Sequence record: OQ411014.1
DNA from: Escherichia phage EJP2
DNA length: 64,000 nt
Direction: 5' to 3' (one strand)
Every line of letters begins with the position of its first letter. Within the stretch, counting starts at the first letter, position 1. Of the stretch, positions 38,270 to 46,526 are shown one piece after another. Below the pieces are notes generated by a model, which worked only from the letters and a program-made list of their open reading frames with translations, had not been told where the DNA came from and ran no database searches. The translations under genes and the position numbers were made by a program.

Positions 38270-39724
38270 ATGAAAAAATATGCTATTGATACAAACGTAC
38301 TTCTAAGCGATCCAAACGCAGCAACCGCTTTCAAAGGTGCTACAGTGGTTCTACCATTTACAGTACTGGAAGAAATGGACTCCATCAAGAGTCGTGGTGT
38401 TGACGTTAGCCGTGATGCACGTGTAGCAATTCGCAATATCAGTAACATCCTGGAAGACGCGTCTCATGAAGAGATTAGTACTACTGGGGTTGATATGTCC
38501 AAACTACATCCACATTTAGATTCCGACAGTCGTCTAATGATTGTTACATCTGAAGAAGCTGAAGCACTTCTACGTGTTGCAGGTATTGATAAGTCCGATG
38601 CTGAACTTACAAAAGTTGCTACACTAATGAACAGTACTGTACCGGATGACAAGATTATTCTTGTTGCTCTAGCTACAGAATCAGTACTGGTTACTCGTGA
38701 TATCAACATGCGTATCAAAGCTATGGCTTATGGTGTTGAAGTTCAGGACTATCGTAGTGATGTTACTATTTCCGATTCTGACCTACTACATATTGGGAAC
38801 CACAAACTAGAGTTTTCGTTCTGGGATACCATTGCGGATCGTGGTTTAGAAGTTTTCAGTACTAAAGAAGGTCGTAACACTTATCAACTAATTGCTAAAG
38901 ATGCAATTCAGGATCTACTACCAGAAAATCTATGCGTTGGTGACTATCTATATGATGACACTGATTTGCTAATGGTATATGATGGAGAAGGTGATCGTGA
39001 GTTCTCTGATGGTGAAGTTGATGACACAGTGTACTCCGTGTTCATTGATGTTGGTCAACACAGTGCAATGCGTACTAAGATTTGGGATATCAAAGCTAAG
39101 AACGTGAAACAAGCAATGGCAATCAACAGTATTCTTGACCCTAATGTTCACTTGACAGTACTGTTAGGTTCTGCGGGTACAGGTAAGACTTTGATTACTC
39201 TAGCATGTGCACTAGAACTAACATTAGAGAAGCGTCAGTACGATAAAGTTATTTTCTCTAAAACCCAAGACTCACAGTTTGATGAAATTGGTTTCTTACC
39301 AGGAACCGAAATGGAAAAAATGCTTCCGAATTGTGGACCTGCACTGGATGCATTGGAATTCCTTCACAAAGATGATGCTAACCCTCAAGGTTCAATTGAA
39401 GAAATCATCAAACGTAATGTTGTACAATTCAAAGCACTGAACTTTATTCGTGGACGTTCGTTTACCAATACAATTCTAGTTGTTGATGAATTCCAAAACA
39501 TTACTCCGGCTCAAGCTAAAACTATCTTGACACGGGCAGGAATGAACTGTAAAGTTATCATCATGGGTAACTTAGCACAGATTGATAGTAAGTTTATCAG
39601 TTCTGTAAACAGCGGTTTGACCTATGTAGTTGAGAAGTTCAAAGATTGGGAAGGTTGTCGTATCATCGAACTCGAAGGTGTTGTACGTTCTGCACTAGCT
39701 GAATTCGCTGAAGAAAATATGTAA
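38270..39724 (+). CDS. phoH: PIN-domain / PhoH-like ATPase fusion (PhoH2-type)
   Basis: N-terminal PIN-like YAIDTNVLLSDP; Walker A LLGSAGTGKT and conserved PhoH C-terminal region. Confidence 0.8.
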   Translation: MKKYAIDTNVLLSDPNAATAFKGATVVLPFTVLEEMDSIKSRGVDVSRDARVAIRNISNILEDASHEEISTTGVDMSKLHPHLDSDSRLMIVTSEEAEALLRVAGIDKSDAELTKVATLMNSTVPDDKIILVALATESVLVTRDINMRIKAMAYGVEVQDYRSDVTISDSDLLHIGNHKLEFSFWDTIADRGLEVFSTKEGRNTYQLIAKDAIQDLLPENLCVGDYLYDDTDLLMVYDGEGDREFSDGEVDDTVYSVFIDVGQHSAMRTKIWDIKAKNVKQAMAINSILDPNVHLTVLLGSAGTGKTLITLACALELTLEKRQYDKVIFSKTQDSQFDEIGFLPGTEMEKMLPNCGPALDALEFLHKDDANPQGSIEEIIKRNVVQFKALNFIRGRSFTNTILVVDEFQNITPAQAKTILTRAGMNCKVIIMGNLAQIDSKFISSVNSGLTYVVEKFKDWEGCRIIELEGVVRSALAEFAEENM

Positions 39725-39757
39725 TATATTGGGGGAGTTTCAATACTCCCCATTCAT

Positions 39758-39967
39758 TTGGACAGTACTATGAGTTTAGATTTGAACTTAGTTCGACACG
39801 CACTGTCACGGTTTGATTGGGCTGATACATTATTTTCGTTAGCTGAACAATCATTATCAACGGTTCCGGCTGATAACACTGACAGGCTTAAGCGTTTGTC
39901 GTTGTTATACAAAACACAAGCCTTAGTGAATCATGACAGAATTTTGAATAGAAGAAAAATGTTATAA
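39758..39967 (+). CDS. hypothetical small protein
   Basis: 69-aa ORF. Confidence 0.4.
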   Translation: MDSTMSLDLNLVRHALSRFDWADTLFSLAEQSLSTVPADNTDRLKRLSLLYKTQALVNHDRILNRRKML

Positions 39968-39971
39968 ATTA

Positions 39972-40001
39972 TTGAGACAAAACTCAATACTATGATATAA
40001 T
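39972..40001 (+). promoter_or_regulatory. sigma70-type promoter with extended -10
   Basis: TTGAGA 39972-39977 and TGaTATAAT ending at 40001. Confidence 0.55.
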
Positions 40002-40031
40002 AGATACATCAACAACAAAGAGGAAATAAAC

Positions 40032-40280
40032 ATGGAACAGAATAAAAAAGAAGCTCAAAACTCCCGTCGCGTAGCAATGGATAAACTATCCGCTCTAACA
40101 GAACTCAAGAAACTACGTCGTGACGGTATCCTAACTCGTCAACAGTTCCGTCGTGAAGTATGGGACAAAGGTCTACAAACTGGCGTGAAAGGTGTTCCAG
40201 AAATCACTGCTTTCGAAGTTGTGAAAGTAGATGGTAAGAAAGCACTAACCGTTCAAGTTCGTCCTTGGGGTCGTATCTGA
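40032..40280 (+). CDS. hypothetical basic protein
   Basis: 82 aa with RBS AGAGGA. Confidence 0.5.
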   Translation: MEQNKKEAQNSRRVAMDKLSALTELKKLRRDGILTRQQFRREVWDKGLQTGVKGVPEITAFEVVKVDGKKALTVQVRPWGRI

Positions 40281-40369
40281 AACGGGCATATTCTAAACAA
40301 TTTTGATAAATAACATTACAAGAATAATAATAAAGTTATTTAACTCCATGTTGTTTAGTTATACTTTCC

Positions 40370-40396
40370 AGCCCACTAATTTAGTGGGCTTTTTTT
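40370..40396 (+). terminator. intrinsic terminator
   Basis: AGCCCACTA...TAGTGGGCT stem followed by a T6 run. Confidence 0.65.
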
Positions 40397-40409
40397 ATGT
40401 GGTGACTAT

Positions 40410-41108
40410 ATGAATTTCGAACAGACAGTACTGAAAGCTGTTAGAGAACACGTAATATACTTCAGTGGTTACAGTACTTTTAGGGGGTATTACATCGTTG
40501 GTTCATTCATGCAATGTAAACGTTGTATCTTCATGGAACCTAAAGATATAGATGTAATTATTGTAACCAATGAGAAAGAAGAAATAGGTGAAAAGGAATA
40601 TAGTTTCTTCATTGAAGAAGCTGATAACATTGAAGTTAATGTTACAGTACTGACACCTGTTGAAAACCTAAATTCTATAATCAGACTCGAACCAAAGTAC
40701 TTTGATTCATTCTGTTCATCTAAGTCTCTTGAATGGGACATTGATGGTATTCGTAATATTTCTAATTCTGAAATCAGGTCTAAGGTCATGAAGTTCTCTG
40801 ACTTAGCTTTCAACAAAGGCAAAAAGAAACTCACCATAGAAAAAGATTACGATGAAGAATTAGGACTCAAGAATATTTGTCATGCTTATCGTTTTCTGAT
40901 TGATGCTATCCGGTTCTATTACCCATCTACACCTATGTTAGAGAAAGAGATGATGGACTTAGGTTATAGCAAGTACCGCAATCGGGTTTATAAAATTTAC
41001 AAAAATACGCAAGGTACACTTGACGATAAGTACCAAGCTATGGTAAAGTACGCTAAACCTGAATACAACAGGATGTGTTCAGAGTTTAGGAAATTGTTCC
41101 CTCGATAA
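40410..41108 (+). CDS. putative nucleotidyltransferase-fold protein
   Basis: VGSF...(x14)...DIDVIIV resembles the minimal Pol-beta-type GS...DxD motif. Confidence 0.35.
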   Translation: MNFEQTVLKAVREHVIYFSGYSTFRGYYIVGSFMQCKRCIFMEPKDIDVIIVTNEKEEIGEKEYSFFIEEADNIEVNVTVLTPVENLNSIIRLEPKYFDSFCSSKSLEWDIDGIRNISNSEIRSKVMKFSDLAFNKGKKKLTIEKDYDEELGLKNICHAYRFLIDAIRFYYPSTPMLEKEMMDLGYSKYRNRVYKIYKNTQGTLDDKYQAMVKYAKPEYNRMCSEFRKLFPR

Positions 41109-41119
41109 AAGGAGTTTAT

Positions 41120-41410
41120 ATGCAATACAGACCACTATACGACCATGTTCTTGCTAAACAGATTGTTCATGAAGCTAAGAGTTCTTTTGGTATCATCCTG
41201 AACAGTACTGGTGTAGAAGAGACAACTACTGCTACTGTTGTTGCAGTTGGTACTGGGTCGAAGAATAGCCTAGGGAAAGTTATTCCAGTTGGTGTAAACG
41301 TAGGTGATGTGGTATCATTCAGTCCTGATGCTGCTGTTCATCGTGTTACACTAGATGGTACTGAATATCTTGTTATGCGTAAAGATTGCATCTTAGGCGT
41401 ACAGGAATAA
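41120..41410 (+). CDS. groES: co-chaperonin GroES (Cpn10) homolog
   Basis: 96 aa; RPL.D.VL.K...GIIL...VVAVG.G...V.VGD.V.F pattern characteristic of GroES. Confidence 0.7.
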   Translation: MQYRPLYDHVLAKQIVHEAKSSFGIILNSTGVEETTTATVVAVGTGSKNSLGKVIPVGVNVGDVVSFSPDAAVHRVTLDGTEYLVMRKDCILGVQE

Positions 41411-41426
41411 CATAAAGGGAGCCATT

Positions 41427-41798
41427 ATGGTTCCCTATTTTTATGAGGTCAATATAATGAACGTGAATACCAGTACTGAACGATTGAAAATTTACGAAAC
41501 ACTAGAACGATATCTTGATATTGATGAAGTTAGTCCACAATATATTATTGACATTTTACAAAAACACGTCGATAATAATCCAGGAAAATGCCTTGTATGT
41601 TATTGCAACGAAGATATGTTAGAAATAACTGCTTCACACTTGGAAACTGATGAAGAATATAACGCCAGACAAAACTTTATCCAACAGCAGCAAGAACGAA
41701 AAGAAACTGAAAAACACATGAAAGCACTGATGAAGAAGTCATCACTCAGTACTGAAGAAAAAGCACTCCTAATCAAATACATTGAGGAAAACAAATGA
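41427..41798 (+). CDS. hypothetical protein
   Basis: 123-aa ORF. Confidence 0.5.
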   Translation: MVPYFYEVNIMNVNTSTERLKIYETLERYLDIDEVSPQYIIDILQKHVDNNPGKCLVCYCNEDMLEITASHLETDEEYNARQNFIQQQQERKETEKHMKALMKKSSLSTEEKALLIKYIEENK

Positions 41799-42568
41799 AT
41801 CGTGAAAAGATGCTTTATCATGCAAAAGAAAAGGGTTGTTTGAATTTTGATATCTACACAATGAAACGTGAAACACGTGATAACCTGGACTTCCTTTTGG
41901 ATGGTGACTTTTTAGATTTCAAAACAGACAGTGCATTCGGTAATGATCGCAACAGTAAATGGCAGGAATACGTAATCACCAATAGGGGTATTGCATTACT
42001 GGGAGTGTATCGTCTTGAGTATGCACATCTCAATGAACGTGATACTGAAAAACATATCGGTCGCATCGAACAACTTCGTGAATTACTTGATGTTGTTGAT
42101 GTAAAGCTAACTGATATTGAATATGCATTTACGAATAACCAACGTAAATCAGTGAACTACATGAACACCAACTATCCTACTGGTGCAAGTACATTAGTTC
42201 ACAAGATAAAAGAACAAGAAAAAAGTGTTGACACAACTCCCAATGATGAGCTATCATTACTCTCGTTGTTTGAGTTCAGTACTGAATTAGGTAAAAAAGG
42301 TTCCAGTACTAAACGCTCTGACGATTATGTCCTGAAGAAGTGTATGGAAGAACTTGGTGAGTTAGCTCTTGAAGTTACTATCAGTCAAGGTGAATCCTAC
42401 AAAGAACCAGGCAAAGATGGTGTCAAAGGTGAAGCAGTAGATTTAGCGATTTGTGCACTTGACATGTTCGCATTACAATGTAATAATATGAGTCCAGACG
42501 AGATAGAACGTGAGTTCTTGACTTATATGACAACTAAAGTGAATAAGTGGAGAAATACTCTAAAATGA
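41795..42568 (+). CDS. hypothetical protein
   Basis: 257-aa ORF with ATGA overlap. Confidence 0.5.
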   Translation: MNREKMLYHAKEKGCLNFDIYTMKRETRDNLDFLLDGDFLDFKTDSAFGNDRNSKWQEYVITNRGIALLGVYRLEYAHLNERDTEKHIGRIEQLRELLDVVDVKLTDIEYAFTNNQRKSVNYMNTNYPTGASTLVHKIKEQEKSVDTTPNDELSLLSLFEFSTELGKKGSSTKRSDDYVLKKCMEELGELALEVTISQGESYKEPGKDGVKGEAVDLAICALDMFALQCNNMSPDEIEREFLTYMTTKVNKWRNTLK

Positions 42569-42843
42569 GTAACACTAACAGTACTATCAAAGTTGAATGG
42601 TATGATAAAGTTACTGAAGTTCGTGCTCAGTGGGAGAATAATCATTTTATCTCTGACGGCGGGTTAGCTGGGCGAATCTACTTCAGTGATGAGTTCAATC
42701 AAGAATGGAGTGCTGGTGAACCTAAGTATTCAGTACTCCACGATGATGGACAATCTTCAGTAGTAGAGTTCGATGAAGAATGTGAGGAATTTGTTTCTGT
42801 TCAATCACATTTACCAATTATCTATTACAACAAAGAGAAATAA
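42547..42843 (+). CDS. hypothetical protein
   Basis: 98-aa ORF. Confidence 0.45.
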   Translation: MEKYSKMSNTNSTIKVEWYDKVTEVRAQWENNHFISDGGLAGRIYFSDEFNQEWSAGEPKYSVLHDDGQSSVVEFDEECEEFVSVQSHLPIIYYNKEK

Positions 42844-43037
42844 TGAAAAAAGTTCTTGCAGTACTGCTATCTACTATGATAGTATCTTGTTCTGCTCCTG
42901 ATGTTAAACCTGGTGAAGCATACCAGGTTTATCCTGGACTGGTACAATTACAAATGCAGGGTGCAACGTACTCTTGTCATGAAATTCACGAAGATAATAC
43001 TCTATCTTTAATGTGTCGCAAAAACCGAATGAGGTAA
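42843..43037 (+). CDS. small lipoprotein
   Basis: signal peptide plus lipobox (MKKVLAVLLSTMIVSCSA). Confidence 0.5.
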   Translation: MKKVLAVLLSTMIVSCSAPDVKPGEAYQVYPGLVQLQMQGATYSCHEIHEDNTLSLMCRKNRMR

Positions 43038-43043
43038 TATAAC

Positions 43044-43376
43044 ATGAAAACTTCCGTACTAATTGCAGTTGATACCAGTGGTGAATACAACAACGAACAC
43101 ACCAAGAGTCGAGTACTGGACATTCTTCGTAACCTGTGTCCTCGTTCTAATGTTGATTTGATTACTTTCGATGCTGATGGTATTCTGCAATGGGATATTC
43201 CGGTGTTCCTTGAAAATAACATCGTCGGTTACGAAACCAAATCCGATTTCATGAGCATCCTTGAATATATGGATGAAACTGATTATGACCGTCAATTCAT
43301 TTTAGTTGAAAATTTTGATGGACTTCAAGACACAATTGATGTATATTCTCTGAAAACACACGGCTTTGTAGCCTAA
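43044..43376 (+). CDS. hypothetical protein
   Basis: 110-aa ORF. Confidence 0.5.
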   Translation: MKTSVLIAVDTSGEYNNEHTKSRVLDILRNLCPRSNVDLITFDADGILQWDIPVFLENNIVGYETKSDFMSILEYMDETDYDRQFILVENFDGLQDTIDVYSLKTHGFVA

Positions 43377-43420
43377 AAAATAAACAACTTAGTAAATAAT
43401 TTCATATAGGAAAACAATAA

Positions 43421-43594
43421 ATGAGCAATACAAATAAACCCCTACTGTGTGGTCACTGTTCCAAAACACTGGGTGAACATAATTCCGTTGACGCAGGGTG
43501 TCCAATTCAAGTAGGGAAACTGGTCGTGGCTTTCAGTAAATCAAAGAAATTCACTGAACATGCTCCTATTGCTAAAATGGAATTCTTTTACTAA
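43421..43594 (+). CDS. small cysteine-containing protein (57 aa; below track cut-off)
   Basis: ATG at 43421 and TAA at 43592-43594; CGHC...GC motif; weak RBS. Confidence 0.3.
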   Translation: MSNTNKPLLCGHCSKTLGEHNSVDAGCPIQVGKLVVAFSKSKKFTEHAPIAKMEFFY

Positions 43595-43741
43595 CTAACA
43601 AATGAAGTACTATAAGCCGTGCCGCTGGGTAATATCAGCATAAGACCGTACGCGACAGAAGCTAATACAGAGAGTCCCTACTCGGTATACCATCCTCTCT
43701 GGGCGATAGTACTTCACCCTTTAATTACAAGGAGTGCAGTG

Positions 43742-44380
43742 ATGAAAGACTTCAAAGATATGACCACATCAGATAAGTACTGGTACATCATCGAACATCC
43801 GGCGTTCATGAATGATGAGTTCGTTTCAGTAAACATCTGTGTTGAACCACAAAACGTATGCCCCATTACTGAACGTATCGAGAATTACAAACCACTGAAT
43901 ACTAAAGTTCAGTACTGGATAGAGTTCTGTCCTCCGTATAAAGATTCGTACACTAATAACAAATTCGTACAATCACACGATACTGATTGTGATTGTGGTG
44001 GTTGGACGTATGAAGAAGCAATCGATAATCTCTTCGATTTGGTTATCGAGAAGTACGGCTCTTACACCGACGAAGACCTAAAAACTAAAATGGGTGAAGT
44101 TTTTGGGACTACCAAACCAGTAATTTGGAAACGCAGCGTTGAGGATCGTGTCCAGGCACTACTCAAACAGCGTACATCAAATAAAGTAGAAGACCCGTTG
44201 GAATTCACTTTCTTAGAAAAAGATATCAAAAATCTAAAAGGTACACTCCATGCCTTGACTGAACATCGAAAGACTGCTAATATAGATTCATACAGTGAAA
44301 TTGACGATTGCATTCAGAATTGTAAAGTAGATATATCTATTCTGGAAGCATCATTAAAAATCGGAATGATGATTGAATGA
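43742..44380 (+). CDS. hypothetical protein
   Basis: start moved to the ATG following RBS AAGGAG (track ORF begins 43619). Confidence 0.5.
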   Translation: MKDFKDMTTSDKYWYIIEHPAFMNDEFVSVNICVEPQNVCPITERIENYKPLNTKVQYWIEFCPPYKDSYTNNKFVQSHDTDCDCGGWTYEEAIDNLFDLVIEKYGSYTDEDLKTKMGEVFGTTKPVIWKRSVEDRVQALLKQRTSNKVEDPLEFTFLEKDIKNLKGTLHALTEHRKTANIDSYSEIDDCIQNCKVDISILEASLKIGMMIE

Positions 44381-44751
44381 ATCCCAAATTAGAACGATTG
44401 GTAAATGAATTACGTACCCTGCCACCTTTGGAGTTAGATGAAGGTGCAGGGCGTAGACGTTATCGTGTTATTGCACGTGCACTTGATAAGCGTGGACGTG
44501 TGATTTGTACCAGAACTAACACGTATAAAACGTCACATCCAGTACAGAAGCATTTCGCGTTAAAGGTTGGTCGTCCTGATGCAATCTTTTTGCACGCTGA
44601 AATTTCAGTACTACTCTCTGCAAAACAGGATGTTCATACACTCCTTATTGCTAGAATCGATAGTAATGGTAATCCCGCTCTCGCTAAACCTTGCGAGATT
44701 TGTTCTATCGCAATTCAGCAATACGGTGTAAAAGAAATTATCCATACATAA
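44377..44751 (+). CDS. cytidine/dCMP deaminase-family zinc enzyme
   Basis: HAEISVL and PCEICS zinc-binding motifs; 124 aa. Confidence 0.55.
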   Translation: MNPKLERLVNELRTLPPLELDEGAGRRRYRVIARALDKRGRVICTRTNTYKTSHPVQKHFALKVGRPDAIFLHAEISVLLSAKQDVHTLLIARIDSNGNPALAKPCEICSIAIQQYGVKEIIHT

Positions 44752-44760
44752 GGAAGTACA

Positions 44761-45318
44761 ATGACTATTATCGTGAATTTAGTAGGTGGTCCGTGCTGTG
44801 GAAAAAGTACTACTGCTGCTGGACTATTCAGTACTATGAAACTTCAAACAACTAACAAGGTTGAACTTGTTACTGAAGTTATCAAAGACCATGTGTACGA
44901 TGAGAACAAAGGTGCAATGCAAGACCAGGTTCTTCTTACTGCTGAACAGAATCACCGATTCAAACGTTTAGATGGTAAAGTTGATTTTGTAATCTCGGAC
45001 GCTTCCCTTTTGAACGCAATCGTGTATAATCAGTTCTACAATCAAAACAAAGATATCAGTACTGAACTATCTCGTAAACTATTCGAGAAGTACGATAACG
45101 TTGTATTCTTCCTTCCACGTAAGCCTCAATATGATGCATACGGACGTACACAGTCAGAAGAAGATGCACGTTTCATCGATGAACTTTTCGAGAGTGTGTT
45201 CTGGGAATATTCTATTCCTTTCATTGATATGCGTGAATATACTCACGATGTTCTTCCAGAAAAGATTCTTGAGAAACTTCAAGAGAAATTTGGCAATACT
45301 GTAACCCTACGAGGCTAA
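44761..45318 (+). CDS. P-loop nucleoside/nucleotide kinase-like protein
   Basis: N-terminal Walker A VGGPCCGKSTT; 185 aa. Confidence 0.45.
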   Translation: MTIIVNLVGGPCCGKSTTAAGLFSTMKLQTTNKVELVTEVIKDHVYDENKGAMQDQVLLTAEQNHRFKRLDGKVDFVISDASLLNAIVYNQFYNQNKDISTELSRKLFEKYDNVVFFLPRKPQYDAYGRTQSEEDARFIDELFESVFWEYSIPFIDMREYTHDVLPEKILEKLQEKFGNTVTLRG

Positions 45319-45319
45319 T

Positions 45320-45502
45320 ATGAAAACAATCTTCAGTAAAGAGTACGATGGAGAAGATCTTTACGATCTAAATCGTGATATCAGTGAAGCACTGGATGAA
45401 CGATTCAATACGTTAGTAGGTTCAATCCCTACTGATGAAAATGGTATTCAAGAAGGTAAATTCATTGTAACAGTAAAGTGGACTGCACACGAGGATGACT
45501 AA
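45320..45502 (+). CDS. hypothetical small protein
   Basis: 60-aa ORF. Confidence 0.4.
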   Translation: MKTIFSKEYDGEDLYDLNRDISEALDERFNTLVGSIPTDENGIQEGKFIVTVKWTAHEDD

Positions 45503-45945
45503 TGCTTCAGTACTGTGATGGTATAGAGGTTAGTCACTATATAGAATCCAGAATACACAAGTATGATTTCTTAGGTTTTCTACCATTGATTGATGTGGAC
45601 GGTCTTGAGTACTATACTGTTGAAAACAAAGGTAGATTGAGTGATATTTTTGCACGTGTTTCTCCTGTTATTGGTGAGGAATCGGACATGATTACTGAAC
45701 TTGAGTATTGGTTCACTCAACCGATTCCCCAAGATGCACGAGAAGAACGAAAGTTATATCATGAATATTATCGTGATGAATTTATAAAACGCTTGCAAGA
45801 ATGGAAATACTGTGTTAGATTCTTAGGGTGCGACGACGCTGATTACTTCATGCGTTTCAAAAACAAGGAACATGCTCTGGAGTTCCTAAATACCGTCAGT
45901 TCGTTTGACGAAATATATAATCATGAACATTCAATGATGTGGTAA
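45502..45945 (+). CDS. hypothetical protein
   Basis: 147-aa ORF. Confidence 0.5.
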   Translation: MLQYCDGIEVSHYIESRIHKYDFLGFLPLIDVDGLEYYTVENKGRLSDIFARVSPVIGEESDMITELEYWFTQPIPQDAREERKLYHEYYRDEFIKRLQEWKYCVRFLGCDDADYFMRFKNKEHALEFLNTVSSFDEIYNHEHSMMW

Positions 45946-45955
45946 GGAAAATATA

Positions 45956-46369
45956 ATGGCTAATACTATTGCAATGAAAAACACAACCACTGGTGAAATC
46001 CGTAATGGTTTCACTGGTTTCTCTTGGACAACCCTGTTCTTCTGGGCTTTCCCAGCAATCTTCCGAATGGACTTTGTTACATTCATCGTGGTGTTCCTAG
46101 TAACACTAGTACTGTCAGCTACTACCATGTTCGGTGGTGCTATCCTAGTAATCGTATGGGCGTTCCTGTACAACCGTTACTACACCATTAGTCTTATCCG
46201 AAAGGGTTACAAGTTCAATGGTACTCACGAAGAGAACAAAGCAGCAGCAATGATTCTCAGGATTGAACTAAATGCTAATAACTGTCTAACTACTGAACCA
46301 GTACCACAAACTCCAGCACCTGCACCAGTTGCACAACCTGAAGTTCAGGGAGAACCAGTACAGAAATAA
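45956..46369 (+). CDS. membrane protein
   Basis: two hydrophobic helices and a proline-rich C-terminus. Confidence 0.5.
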   Translation: MANTIAMKNTTTGEIRNGFTGFSWTTLFFWAFPAIFRMDFVTFIVVFLVTLVLSATTMFGGAILVIVWAFLYNRYYTISLIRKGYKFNGTHEENKAAAMILRIELNANNCLTTEPVPQTPAPAPVAQPEVQGEPVQK

Positions 46370-46380
46370 TCCTCTCTAAG

Positions 46381-46405
46381 AGCGTCCTTTATGGACGCTT
46401 TTTTC
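46381..46405 (+). terminator. intrinsic terminator
   Basis: AGCGTCC-TTTAT-GGACGCT followed by a T6 run. Confidence 0.65.
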
Positions 46406-46526
46406 GTTTTATGTTAATGAAATATAACAGTACTAATATTGATTTAGGTCAACGTATTTTGGGCTTCATGGACGTATAATTCTTCTCAATGGATGTAAAT
46501 AATTTACTAATAACAAGGAGAAGAAT

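Noticed and set aside
37876-38448. 190-aa minus-strand ORF
   Set aside because: Antisense to three well-supported plus-strand genes including the start of phoH; the translation is low-complexity and has no motif.
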